Shown here: positions 46,362 to 55,884 of the stretch, one piece after another
Layout of the letters: each line of letters begins with the position of its first letter
Numbering within the stretch: the stretch's first letter is position 1
NCBI GenBank assembly: GCA_965279515.1
Contig: CBDIID010000003.1
Coordinates: forward strand, 4,352,001-4,416,000
Origin: Turneriella sp.
GTDB lineage: Bacteria > Spirochaetota > Leptospiria > Turneriellales > Turneriellaceae
Direction: 5' to 3'
Length of the DNA stretch: 64,000 nucleotides
Translations under genes and position numbers: made by a program
The notes under the pieces: generated by a model
Told to the model about the DNA's origin: nothing
Seen by the model: only the letters and a program-made list of their open reading frames with translations
Databases searched by the model: none

Positions 46362-49300
46362 ATGAAAATTGCGCGGCATTTCACACAAAAAGGTAAGGAC
46401 ATCTATAGTGACATAATCTTTGAGAAACGGACCTCGAAGATTACGAACACTGACGGTTCGGTAGCGTTTGAAGCGAGCGAGGTGGAGGTCCCTTCATCGT
46501 GGTCCAACGTTGCGACCGATATTCTCGCGCAGAAGTATTTCCGTAAGGCTGGCGTCGCCAAGGCATTGACCCCCGTTGCCGAAGAAGGCGTTCCCGAGTG
46601 GCTGCGCCGCCAGGTGCCCGACGAAGAGCAGCTCGCTAAATTCCCCAAAGAAGAGCGTTATACCCGTGAAACTTCGGCAAAGCAGGTCATGCACCGCCTG
46701 GCTGGTGCGTGGACATACTGGGGTTACAAGCACAACTATTTCTCCAGCGAAGAAGATGCGCGCGCATTCTATGACGAGCTTTCATACATGCTGATGAACC
46801 AGATGGCGGCGCCCAATTCACCGCAGTGGTTCAACACGGGCCTGCACTGGGCCTATGGTGTGGATGGCCCCTCGCAGGGACACTTCTATGTCGACCCGGT
46901 CACCGGCAAACTGGTGAAGTCTAAATCTTCATACGAGCACCCGCAACCGCATGCCTGCTTTATCCAGGCGGTCGACGATGATCTCGTCAATGCCGGTGGT
47001 ATCATGGATCTCTGGGTGCGCGAAGCGCGCCTCTTCAAATACGGTTCCGGTACCGGTTCGAACTTCTCCGCACTGCGCGGCGAAAACGAGCGCCTCTCGG
47101 GTGGCGGCAAATCTTCTGGGCTCATGAGTTTCCTGAAGATCGGCGACACTGCAGCCGGCGCAATCAAGTCAGGCGGCACAACACGCCGCGCGGCGAAAAT
47201 GGTCTGTCTCGACATTGACCATCCCGATGTTGAAGCATTCATTGACTGGAAAGTCACAGAAGAGGCGAAGGTCGCGAGCCTTGTCGCGGGCTCTAAAGCC
47301 ATCCGCAAGGTCATCGTCGAAGTTCTGGAAGCAGTTAAAGGCTGCGTCAAACAACCGTCGCTGCTCGACCCCAAGCAGAATAAAAATCTCGCGCTCGCAC
47401 TGAAAAAGGCACGCGCCTCAAACGTGCCCGATAGTTATGTACAGCGGATTATCCACCTGGCACGCCAGGGCTTTACATCGATCGAATTCGAAGAGTACGA
47501 TACCGACTGGACATCGAAGGCATACCTGACTGTCGCCGGCCAGAACTCGAACAATTCTCTGCGCCTTTCGAATGCTTTCCTGAAAGCAGTCGAAACAAAC
47601 GGCGACTGGGAGCTCACACGCCGCATCGACGGCAAAGTGCACAAAACGATTCCGGCTCGCGAACTTTTCGACAAACTTTCGTTCGCCGCGTGGTCATGCG
47701 CCGACCCGGGCCTGCAGTTTGACACGACGATCAACGAATGGCATACCTGCCCTGAAGACGGCCGCATCAATGCGTCGAACCCGTGCAGCGAGTATATGTT
47801 CCTCGATGACACCGCCTGCAACCTTGCATCGCTCAACATGATGCGCTTTTACGACGCGGAAAAAAACCGTCTCGACGTCGACGGCTACAAACACGCGATC
47901 CGTGTCTGGACCGTGGTGCTCGAAATCTCTGTGCTCATGGCGCAGTTTCCTTCGCAGCGCATTGCCGAACTCTCGTACAAATTCCGTACGCTGGGCTTAG
48001 GCTACGCAAACCTCGGAACATGGCTCATGGTCTCAGGCATTCCGTATAACTCTGCGCAGGCAAACGCCATCACGGGCGCCGTTACGGCAATCCTCACCGG
48101 CGTCAGCTACAAGACTTCTGCAGAGATGGCATCTGAACTCGGGGCATTCCCGGGTTACGAAAAAAACCGCGAGCACATGCTGCGCGTCATGCGCAACCAC
48201 CGCCGCGCTGCAAACAACGCGGCTGAAAGCGAGTACGAAGGCCTCAGCATTTTCCCGGTCGGTATCAACGGCAAGTATTGCCCGGATTACCTTCTCGCAG
48301 ACGCTCGCCTTGCGTGGGATGAAGCCCTCGCCCTCGGCGAAAAGCACGGCTACCGCAATGCGCAATCCACCGTGATTGCACCGACAGGCACCATCGGCCT
48401 CCTGATGGATTGCGATACCACGGGCATCGAGCCTGACTTTGCGCTGGTGAAGTTTAAAAAACTCGCGGGTGGCGGTTATTTCAAGATTATCAATAAGTCA
48501 GTGCCGATGGCATTGCAGCACCTGGGTTATCAGAAAGACCAGATCTCGAAAATCATCGAGTACATAGTCGGTAGCGCAACGCTGGTGGGAGCTCCCCATG
48601 TGAACCGCGAAAACCTGAAACTGCGCGGTTTTACCGACGAAGTTCTGGATACGATCGAAGAGGCGCTGCCGACGGCGTTTGATATCAACTATGTCTTTAA
48701 CCGGTTTGTCGTCGGTGAGACATTCCTTTCGAATACGCTGAAGATTCCGAAAGAAGTTTTTGAGCGTGTCGATTTCAACCTGCTGCAGCACATCGGTTTT
48801 ACCGCCGAGCAGGTGGGCATCGCCAACGAAGCGATCTGCGGTACCATGATGATCGAAGGTGCGCCTTTCCTGAAAGACGAGCACCTGCCGGTCTTCGATT
48901 GCGCAAACAAGTGCGGTCGCCGCGGTAAACGTTTCATCCAGTACGGGGCGCATATCAATGTTATGGCTGCAGCGCAGCCTTTCATCAGCGGTGCGATCTC
49001 GAAGACGATCAACATGCCTTATGAAGCGACCGTCGAAGACGTGAAACAGGCATACATGGCTTCATGGAAAATGATGATCAAGGCGAATGCACTCTACCGC
49101 GACGGCTCTAAACTGTCGCAGCCGCTTTCCACTGTGGGCGAAAACATCTTCGACGCTCTCGAAGAGGATGAAGGTGCTGAAATCGCCGAAATTGCCGGTG
49201 CACCTACTGCTGTTAAAGCAGCCAAAATAGCCGAGAAGATCATCGAAAAAATTATCGTGCGCAAGATAGCCGAGCGCAAACGCCTGCCTTCGCGCCGTTC

Positions 49301-49913
49301 GGGTTATACACAGAAGGCCGTCATCGGCGGCCACAAGGTATACCTGCGCACAGGTGAGTACGAAGACGGTTCACTGGGTGAAATCTTCCTCGACATGCAC
49401 AAAGAGGGCGCGGCTTTCCGTTCACTCATGAATGGTTTCGCGATTGCGGTGTCCCTGGGCCTGCAGTACGGCGTGCCGCTCGAAGAATTCGTCGAAGCGT
49501 TTGTGTTCACGAAATTCGAACCAAACGGAGTGGTGCAGGGGCATGATCGCGTCAAGATGGCGACATCTGTCATGGACTTCATCTTCCGCGAACTTGCGAT
49601 CAGCTATCTCGACCGCAACGATCTCGCGCATGTCTCGCCCGAAGCGTTGGTTGTCGACCAGACAACAACCAAGGACGAAGTCATTGCCGAAGATGAACTG
49701 ACCGATCTTGTCGATCAGGCAGTTCCTGTTGCGGTGGGTGAGGCGACGACACGCGGTGGTCTGCGCGTCAAAGTGAGCGCCAACCAGATTCAGGAAGCGC
49801 GCATCAAGGGCTATGAAGGCACTGCCTGCCCTGAGTGCAGCTCGATGACGCTGGTGCGCAACGGTTCATGCCTCAAGTGCGAGACCTGCGGCGGCACTAC
49901 TGGCTGCTCGTAA
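46362..49913 (+). CDS. nrdJ: Class II (adenosylcobalamin-dependent) ribonucleotide reductase
   Basis: Motifs [40 protein letters not shown] and [13 protein letters not shown] domain and a C-terminal CPEC...CLKCETCG Zn ribbon. Confidence 0.97.
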   Translation: MKIARHFTQKGKDIYSDIIFEKRTSKITNTDGSVAFEASEVEVPSSWSNVATDILAQKYFRKAGVAKALTPVAEEGVPEWLRRQVPDEEQLAKFPKEERYTRETSAKQVMHRLAGAWTYWGYKHNYFSSEEDARAFYDELSYMLMNQMAAPNSPQWFNTGLHWAYGVDGPSQGHFYVDPVTGKLVKSKSSYEHPQPHACFIQAVDDDLVNAGGIMDLWVREARLFKYGSGTGSNFSALRGENERLSGGGKSSGLMSFLKIGDTAAGAIKSGGTTRRAAKMVCLDIDHPDVEAFIDWKVTEEAKVASLVAGSKAIRKVIVEVLEAVKGCVKQPSLLDPKQNKNLALALKKARASNVPDSYVQRIIHLARQGFTSIEFEEYDTDWTSKAYLTVAGQNSNNSLRLSNAFLKAVETNGDWELTRRIDGKVHKTIPARELFDKLSFAAWSCADPGLQFDTTINEWHTCPEDGRINASNPCSEYMFLDDTACNLASLNMMRFYDAEKNRLDVDGYKHAIRVWTVVLEISVLMAQFPSQRIAELSYKFRTLGLGYANLGTWLMVSGIPYNSAQANAITGAVTAILTGVSYKTSAEMASELGAFPGYEKNREHMLRVMRNHRRAANNAAESEYEGLSIFPVGINGKYCPDYLLADARLAWDEALALGEKHGYRNAQSTVIAPTGTIGLLMDCDTTGIEPDFALVKFKKLAGGGYFKIINKSVPMALQHLGYQKDQISKIIEYIVGSATLVGAPHVNRENLKLRGFTDEVLDTIEEALPTAFDINYVFNRFVVGETFLSNTLKIPKEVFERVDFNLLQHIGFTAEQVGIANEAICGTMMIEGAPFLKDEHLPVFDCANKCGRRGKRFIQYGAHINVMAAAQPFISGAISKTINMPYEATVEDVKQAYMASWKMMIKANALYRDGSKLSQPLSTVGENIFDALEEDEGAEIAEIAGAPTAVKAAKIAEKIIEKIIVRKIAERKRLPSRRSGYTQKAVIGGHKVYLRTGEYEDGSLGEIFLDMHKEGAAFRSLMNGFAIAVSLGLQYGVPLEEFVEAFVFTKFEPNGVVQGHDRVKMATSVMDFIFRELAISYLDRNDLAHVSPEALVVDQTTTKDEVIAEDELTDLVDQAVPVAVGEATTRGGLRVKVSANQIQEARIKGYEGTACPECSSMTLVRNGSCLKCETCGGTTGCS

Positions 49914-49943
49914 TAAGTGACTTCCGCTAGGTCTCGGCTTCCG

Positions 49944-49976
49944 GAGACCTGCGGCGGCACCACTGGCTGTTCTTAA
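49944..49976 (+). repeat. Direct repeat of the last 33 nt of nrdJ
   Basis: GAGACCTGCGGCGGCACCACTGGCTGTTCTTAA versus 49881-49913 GAGACCTGCGGCGGCACTACTGGCTGCTCGTAA: 30/33 identical. Confidence 0.9.
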
Positions 49977-49978
49977 TC

Positions 49979-50030
49979 GGGGTTGTTAAGGGGGACGAGG
50001 CGTTTCGCAGAAACGCCGAAATCCCCTTAA
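49979..50030. repeat. Extragenic palindrome (REP-like), copy B; may also act as a terminator
   Basis: Outer stem TTAAGGGG...CCCCTTAA and inner stem GGCGTTTC-GCA-GAAACGCC. GGGGTTGTTAAGGGGG matches the reverse complement of 6333-6348 at 15/16 positions. Confidence 0.65.
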
Positions 50031-50035
50031 ATATT

Positions 50036-50230
50036 TTAGGTCCCGGTTCTTTTGAAAAGTAAATAGAAAAGATCTTCGACGCGTTCCTGGTGGCGCACGG
50101 AACGCGGTTCCATGAGTATTGCCTGGCCCTTGACAGGCGCCTGTGCATTGAGCAGGGGCTGCCCCGTAGAGATTACTTTCTGCATCGCTGCCGCGAACTG
50201 AATCAAGCGGCCTTCATTGGATTCTTGCAT
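50036..50230 (-). CDS. Small hypothetical protein (64 aa), possibly sigma-28 dependent
   Basis: ATG-initiated ORF that fills the intergenic gap, preceded by a GCCGATAA box. Confidence 0.4.
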   Translation of the reverse strand: MQESNEGRLIQFAAAMQKVISTGQPLLNAQAPVKGQAILMEPRSVRHQERVEDLFYLLFKRTGT

Positions 50231-50257
50231 AATCGACCTGTGGTCAGGCCTGTTATA

Positions 50258-50285
50258 TTATCGGCAGCTCAGGCCGAAACGCTGA
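50258..50285 (-). promoter_or_regulatory. Sigma-28-like promoter
   Basis: Minus strand TCAG-N16-GCCGATAA: a perfect -10 box with a weak -35. Confidence 0.5.
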
Positions 50286-50288
50286 GTA

Positions 50289-50972
50289 TTATTTTTTCTT
50301 CGCCGTTCTTTTGGCCTGCTTCGGCTTTGTTTTTGGCTGGGCCTTCTTCTTCGCAGATTTTTTAGCCGGCTTTTTCACCGCTTTCTTCGCGGGTTTTTTC
50401 CGGGGCGAGGCCCCTTTCTCCGCTTCCAGGGGAACATTCATTTTTTCCTGCTGGTAGTCCTGGTGTGCATCGCTGTCGACGGCCGGATGTTGAAAGACCA
50501 TCACACCTTCGAGGAGTACAGCGCGTTCGCTGTTAAAGTTTGCCATCTGCTTAAACAGCATTTTGATCGGCGTTTCTGAAAATTTATCCGCGAGTTTTGT
50601 GAAAGCATGCATGGTATCTTCGGCCTCTTGCAAGGCCAGGCGCAATGCCTCGACTTCACTGCCATGCGCGCTCTTTTGCAGGTTGCGGTCGAGTTTTTTG
50701 ATGAGCTTCTGGATCGCCGTTGCCTGGAATTTATGCACCTGGCCCATGTGTTTCAGGTTGGGTAGGCCCTGGCTACCTGAATATTGCGCATAGATGCGTT
50801 CAATCATGCCGATATGGTCTTCGCTGTCTTCGGCCAGGTCGAAGAAAAAGTTTTTGATCGGGCCGTCCTTGAGTTCGTCGTGGGTTTTCATGCAAAAATC
50901 GAAAAAATCTTTCTCGTGCTGTATGCCTGCGGCCACTGCTTCGAGAAAACTGGTGTTTTTTACCGATGCCAT
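50289..50972 (-). CDS. Ferritin-like (rubrerythrin-type) protein with a histone-H1-like basic tail
   Basis: Helical repeat motifs IQHEKDFFDF...LAEDSEDH and ALQEAED...MANFNSER. Tail KKPAKKAVKKPAKKSAKKK. Start at ATG 50972. Confidence 0.75.
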   Translation of the reverse strand: MASVKNTSFLEAVAAGIQHEKDFFDFCMKTHDELKDGPIKNFFFDLAEDSEDHIGMIERIYAQYSGSQGLPNLKHMGQVHKFQATAIQKLIKKLDRNLQKSAHGSEVEALRLALQEAEDTMHAFTKLADKFSETPIKMLFKQMANFNSERAVLLEGVMVFQHPAVDSDAHQDYQQEKMNVPLEAEKGASPRKKPAKKAVKKPAKKSAKKKAQPKTKPKQAKRTAKKK

Positions 50973-51054
50973 AATGTATAGGATTTCCCCGGGGGAGCGG
51001 TCTGTCACCCCCTTTTCTGTTTGACACTCCCATCGGCGAAAGAAACTTTATGCG

Positions 51055-52116
51055 ATGCCAAAACTCGCTGAATTAGCCCAAAAACTGGGTGGTACCCTGC
51101 AGGGTGATGCTAACCTCGAAATCGCCGGGGTGCGCGACCTCGAGCTTATCCGCGTGCGGGACCCGCAGGCGATGCCGGTAAAGGGGCATATTTACTTCGT
51201 AGAAAGCAAAAAGAATTTTAATGCCCACCCGGAAAGCAAGGAGTGCGATGCCTTGCTGACGACGAAGGCCCTGGCCCCGAATTATAAGAATGCCATCGTC
51301 GTAGAAGAGCCGGTGGCGCGTATTGCCTTTATCCGCCTTCTGGAGTTATTTGAAAAAATACCCGCACCGGTTGCGGCTGAAAAGGGTGGGGCATATATCG
51401 CCCCCGGCGCGAAGGTCGATTCGACTGCAATTATTATGCATGGCGCGGTGATTCTGGCAGGGGCCGAGATCGGTGCCGGATCCGTAATCCATCCGAATGC
51501 GGTGATTGAGCAGAATGTGAAAATTGGCGCACACACCGTGATCCATCCCACTGTTGTTGTGAAACAGGGCTGTACTATCGGCGACCACTGTATCATTCAC
51601 AGCGCTACGGTGATTGGGGCCGACGGTTTCGGCTTCTATGACAAAGAGGGCCAGCGCTATAAGATACCGCAGATCGGCAATGTCATCGTCGGCAACCATG
51701 TCGAAATGGGCTCGAGCTGTTCGGTCGACCGGGCGACGATTGAATCGACCACGATCGGTGATTATACTAAATTTGACGACCAGGTACATGTCGGGCACAA
51801 CTGCCAGGTCGGTAAGTATATCTACATTGCAGGCAACACCGTGCTTGCAGGCAGCGTCGTTTTGGAAGACAATGTCACCATCGGCGGGCAGACCGCGATT
51901 TCGGGCAAAGTTTTGGTGCGCAAGGGCAGCCTTGTCATGGGCATGAGCGCACTCGCCGCCGATTCAGAGCCCGGCACGATGTATTTTGGCATACCGGCGC
52001 GGCCGGCGCGCGAGATGCATAAGATCAACAGCTCGCTGGGTTATGTGCCTGAACTTTTAAAGCGTGTTTCGTCGCTCGAAGAAAAACTCGGTATCGCCCG
52101 CAAAGAAGCTGAGTAA
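51055..52116 (+). CDS. lpxD: UDP-3-O-(3-hydroxyacyl)glucosamine N-acyltransferase
   Basis: Hexapeptide repeats, IGADGFGF, KIPQIGNV, VDRAT and QVHVGHN. Confidence 0.95.
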   Translation: MPKLAELAQKLGGTLQGDANLEIAGVRDLELIRVRDPQAMPVKGHIYFVESKKNFNAHPESKECDALLTTKALAPNYKNAIVVEEPVARIAFIRLLELFEKIPAPVAAEKGGAYIAPGAKVDSTAIIMHGAVILAGAEIGAGSVIHPNAVIEQNVKIGAHTVIHPTVVVKQGCTIGDHCIIHSATVIGADGFGFYDKEGQRYKIPQIGNVIVGNHVEMGSSCSVDRATIESTTIGDYTKFDDQVHVGHNCQVGKYIYIAGNTVLAGSVVLEDNVTIGGQTAISGKVLVRKGSLVMGMSALAADSEPGTMYFGIPARPAREMHKINSSLGYVPELLKRVSSLEEKLGIARKEAE

Positions 52117-52118
52117 CG

Positions 52119-52934
52119 TTATTTTTTCTGCGGTGCGCGGCTTTCGTCGCTCATCTGCTGCACAAAGGTATCGTACTGGTTTTTTTTACCGGTATTGATG
52201 TAGCCATAATTGTCAAAGTGGTGGAAAAAGAAATCGTAGTTATTCACGACTAATTTGCGGTTGATCAGGTTGATGAGCCGTGACTGTACTTTGTCGAAAT
52301 CGCGCTGTTTTTCCACTTCTGGTTTATTGAAATAGTCGTCGAGCGTCTGTTGTTTAAAATCGTCCTTGTCGCTGAACGGTGTCTGGCTTTCAATGATCGC
52401 AAGAAATGCGTAACGTTTTGCCTGCCGCGCATATTTGATCGCATCGATGTAAAACCAGATTTTCGTCGAATAGAGGTGGATGTTGTGATTGAAGCCTTTA
52501 CCTTCGTAAATCTCAGACACGCGTAAGTCACGGTATCCCAGCTTGATGAAGTGTAAGGCCCTGACATCCCGGGTCTCAATGATCATCGCGGAATTTTTTT
52601 CGAGCAAGGCCTGGGTATCTTTCTGGTAATATTCGTTGAGAACGGTGAAATAAAGATCTTTGAGGATTTTCTGCGACTCGCGGATATGCGCATGCGTCTG
52701 TTTATAGTGCCCCGAGAGATATTCCTTGTGTGCTTTATAGTGCTCGCGGGCCGCGTCGCGGAAGATATTGGTGTGTTCGGCATTGGCAAAGTTCGAGACG
52801 CCTGCGTTCAGGAAGTCGATGAAACGTTTGTTTTCGCCAAGAATCTTTTCGCAGAAGGCGCGGTCGGGTGCATTGGCAAATACCGGGGCAAGCGCCAGAA
52901 CAAGAAGAAATCCGCCGCGTAAGAAACGGACCAT
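52119..52934 (-). CDS. OmpL37-family surface protein
   Basis: Signal peptide. ENKRFIDFLNAGVSNF, LGYRDLRVSE, ARQAKRYAFLAII and HFDNYG resemble leptospiral OmpL37 as I recall it; not searched. Confidence 0.65.
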   Translation of the reverse strand: MVRFLRGGFLLVLALAPVFANAPDRAFCEKILGENKRFIDFLNAGVSNFANAEHTNIFRDAAREHYKAHKEYLSGHYKQTHAHIRESQKILKDLYFTVLNEYYQKDTQALLEKNSAMIIETRDVRALHFIKLGYRDLRVSEIYEGKGFNHNIHLYSTKIWFYIDAIKYARQAKRYAFLAIIESQTPFSDKDDFKQQTLDDYFNKPEVEKQRDFDKVQSRLINLINRKLVVNNYDFFFHHFDNYGYINTGKKNQYDTFVQQMSDESRAPQKK

Positions 52935-54097
52935 CAGTAGGCTGCCAGTAGAATCGATTCGATCTCGTTGCGCGTCAGCATACGCGGCGCGTTCTCGAGG
53001 TGGGGAAAACCCGCGGCGAGACGCGAGATATCTTCGAGTTCGTGTTTTTTGACGTCAAATTCGGATAACCGCGTCGGCAGGTTCACTTCAAGAAAAAGAC
53101 GGCGTACGCCCTCGACGGCCTTGATCGCGGCTTCGATCACCGAAATATCTTTGACATCTTCGCCGAGCGCGCGCGCGATGTTGATGTACTGCGCCGGCGC
53201 GGCGGTCAGGTAATATTCCATGACGTGGGGCAGAATGAGAGAGAGCGCGTCGCAGAAGTTGACCTTGTCGTGGGCGTTGAGCGCGTTGGCGATCGAGAAG
53301 GCGACACCCACGGGCGAAGACACCGCCGAAATGGAAATCATCGCCGAAGACCACAGCATGCTTGAGATCAGCTTGTCGTTCTTGGCATCTTTGTAGAGCT
53401 GGGGAATATTGCGGCGCATGAGTTCGATTGCGCGCAGCGCCAGGGCGCTCGAAATGGGGTTCGATTTCGGTGACAGCTGGCTTTCGATCGCATAGGCGAG
53501 CGTCGCTCCGCCGAGGCGCGCCGCACTGTCCGATGTCAAATGTTCGCAGACCTTGGGGTCATAAAAGCAGGCGACGGGGAAAAGCAGCTCGTGCTCAAAA
53601 TATTTTTTATGCCCGTCGGCTGCGTCGCGGATCGTAAAACTGGGGCAGAGCTCTTCGCCGAGTGCCGGTTCGACGGGTACGGTGATGAGGGGCAGGGGCG
53701 GGTTTTTGATCTTGGCCCGGCCGTTAAGCACGTCGGAAGCGAACACGGCGTTGGTAACAAGCAGTGCCACAAGTTTAGCTGTCGCAAAGGTCTCAATCGA
53801 ACCGAAGGCGACGATGACATCGGCGTGGGCCTTTTTGGTGAAGTAGGCCGCTGAGTCGACCTGATCGGAAGTGGGGTCGGCCGTCAGGTCATCGTAGAGA
53901 ATGACTCCGTCAGAATGTTTGGTGAGGCCGTTCTTCAGAATCGTCAGTTCGGAAGGATTCTTGTTCTCTGCCTTAAGGTTGAGCAGCAAAATACGCGTGC
54001 CGAACTGTTTTACATAATTACCCACCTTAAACGTGGAGTCAGTTTCGAACTGAATCCGCGTGGGGATTGCGAATTGTGCCCAGGGTATGCCTTGCAT
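52934..54097 (-). CDS. Iron-containing alcohol dehydrogenase fold, catalytically degenerate
   Basis: Fe-ADH layout (PTRIQF, DPTSDQV, LPLITVP, YDP, LPHVMEY, NAPR), but GGGS and the metal-binding histidines are absent. Confidence 0.8.
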   Translation of the reverse strand: MQGIPWAQFAIPTRIQFETDSTFKVGNYVKQFGTRILLLNLKAENKNPSELTILKNGLTKHSDGVILYDDLTADPTSDQVDSAAYFTKKAHADVIVAFGSIETFATAKLVALLVTNAVFASDVLNGRAKIKNPPLPLITVPVEPALGEELCPSFTIRDAADGHKKYFEHELLFPVACFYDPKVCEHLTSDSAARLGGATLAYAIESQLSPKSNPISSALALRAIELMRRNIPQLYKDAKNDKLISSMLWSSAMISISAVSSPVGVAFSIANALNAHDKVNFCDALSLILPHVMEYYLTAAPAQYINIARALGEDVKDISVIEAAIKAVEGVRRLFLEVNLPTRLSEFDVKKHELEDISRLAAGFPHLENAPRMLTRNEIESILLAAY

Positions 54098-54136
54098 GGC
54101 TTATTTGATTTTCGACCAAAATGCCCGGAAGAGGGC

Positions 54137-54162
54137 AAAAAAAAGGCGGCTTTGAGCCGCCT
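54137..54162 (-). terminator. Intrinsic terminator of flgM
   Basis: Stem AGGCGGCT-CAA-AGCCGCCT followed by a T-run on the minus strand. Confidence 0.8.
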
Positions 54163-54197
54163 GGTGGTTTGATTTGGGGATGGCGAAAATCCCTGTA

Positions 54198-54500
54198 TTA
54201 GCCGTTTTTTACTGCGGTTGTCAGACGCGCCGCAACGTGGTTCAGAACCTCGTTAGACGGGTTGTCGTACTCGCCGCGCGCCAGTTTCTCTTTGACTTCG
54301 CGGACGCGGTCGGCGCGCACATCGCTGGCCGAAGCTACGGCTTTCTGCACTTGAGCCGCTTCGCGGGCCTGCAGGGCAGCTTGCGAGATGGAAACGCTGT
54401 CGCTGCCTATGGTTGCAGCCTGCGCATCCGCCGGTTTCACGGTCGCTTTGTCGTTTACGGGCTGGATATGCCCGGCGTTGTTAATTTTATCAATATTCAT
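54198..54500 (-). CDS. flgM: Anti-sigma-28 factor FlgM
   Basis: DSVSISQAA...SDVRADRVREVKEKLARGEY signature, 100 aa. Confidence 0.92.
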   Translation of the reverse strand: MNIDKINNAGHIQPVNDKATVKPADAQAATIGSDSVSISQAALQAREAAQVQKAVASASDVRADRVREVKEKLARGEYDNPSNEVLNHVAARLTTAVKNG

Positions 54501-54595
54501 AGTCTTCCTTTGGCCTTGTGGCCCTCGCCAGCCATTGACCGCGCTCCCGCGGCATTAACCGTTCCCATTCTGGCGATCTTATATCTCTGTAAGGA

Positions 54596-54624
54596 GTATC
54601 GGCAGGACAAGCATTATTTGTTAG
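54596..54624 (-). promoter_or_regulatory. Sigma-28-like promoter of flgM
   Basis: Minus strand CTAAC-N16-GCCGATAC. flgM is commonly sigma-28 driven. Confidence 0.65.
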
Positions 54625-54716
54625 CAAAAAAAACAGATTGCCGGATTGAGGCCCTTAGAGTCATCAGAATTACCGAGCGATAGGGTCCGATCGACTCAAA
54701 TTTACAGGAGATACAC

Positions 54717-55853
54717 ATGATAAAAACCTTTCGGACCTTATGCCTTTGGACGGCTTTTTTAGCTGGTTTTTCGGCGCTTTCAGCGGCAACGCAGGTCATT
54801 TCGAATAATGGCCTGACACTGACCTATGACGATGCGGCTTGCGGCGGAGCGGGTGCCTCCGCCTGCAATACGGCAATGCAGACTGCCTTTAACAAGGTCT
54901 CCGACAAGTTCCAGTTGGGAGCTTTACCCAATTTCCTTAAATATATGTCTTCGGCCCAATCGATTTCGACCAAGGGGCAGGGGGTCGATTACACCACAAA
55001 CCCATCCATCTTCGTTGTCGGTGGTACTATGGGCGTGGCGATTGATATCGGTGATTTGAGCGTAAAGGAGGCGGCAAATGCCCTCTCTAAATCCGGGGGT
55101 CTCGCCGCTGCCGGGTATGCCACGCAGTTTTCGGTGATGGCAGGGATTAACCTGGGGGCCTTTAAATTCGGGGCGCCTTTATTTGGCGTGATTGACCTGA
55201 ACCGCTTTACGGTCTATGGCCATGCGGCAGGGTATGATTTTTCGAGCCTCATCAAACAAGACGGACTTACAGTAAAATCTTCACAGTTCGGCTTTCATAC
55301 CAAATACAAACTCCTGGAGCCGCGATCGATCGGTCTGGGGTCGCTGAATTGGGGCGGTCTCGATTTGGTAACCGGCCTCAGCGTTGCCTCCAATACGTTG
55401 GGATACCAGAAAACCTTCGATCAGATTTCCACCGGCGACGGTACGACTTCGAGTCCCCAGATTCGGGTTATCCCAGGCGGTAGTATCAACGTCAAGAATA
55501 ACGCCGTTACCATACCTTTCGAAGTTGCGACCAGCGTTCGTATTCTTTATTTCCTTTCACTCTTCGGTGGGGCGGGCCTGGATTTGAATTTTGGCAAATC
55601 TTCGGTGGACATGGCTTTGACCTCTACGCAGCTCACAGCGACAGTTTCCGGTACTACCGTGAATGCCGGTAATATGATCGCCAGCGCGGCCGAATCGAAT
55701 AGCGGGCGCTTCGGCGATCTGCGCTTTTTCGCCGGTCTGGCTCTCAATCTCGTCCCCCTGAAAAACACGAACGTCGTGAGCCTCATTGTCCAAGGAAATA
55801 TCTCGACAGGGGGAGGCTATGGCGCGAATGTGGGGGTACGCGCAGGCTGGTGA
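54717..55853 (+). CDS. Lsa36-like outer-membrane/surface protein
   Basis: Signal peptide with SD CAGGAG. MSSAQSISTKGQGVDY, TIPFEVATSVRILYFLSLFGGAGLDLNFG, amphipathic strands and a terminal Trp. Confidence 0.6.
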   Translation: MIKTFRTLCLWTAFLAGFSALSAATQVISNNGLTLTYDDAACGGAGASACNTAMQTAFNKVSDKFQLGALPNFLKYMSSAQSISTKGQGVDYTTNPSIFVVGGTMGVAIDIGDLSVKEAANALSKSGGLAAAGYATQFSVMAGINLGAFKFGAPLFGVIDLNRFTVYGHAAGYDFSSLIKQDGLTVKSSQFGFHTKYKLLEPRSIGLGSLNWGGLDLVTGLSVASNTLGYQKTFDQISTGDGTTSSPQIRVIPGGSINVKNNAVTIPFEVATSVRILYFLSLFGGAGLDLNFGKSSVDMALTSTQLTATVSGTTVNAGNMIASAAESNSGRFGDLRFFAGLALNLVPLKNTNVVSLIVQGNISTGGGYGANVGVRAGW

Positions 55854-55884
55854 GAAAAAGAATATTCCTTAAGCGGAGGATTCG

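Noticed and set aside
46362..49913. Possible intein or intron in nrdJ
   Set aside because: The ORF is continuous, the NPCSE and CNL motifs are uninterrupted, and there is no intein terminal motif.
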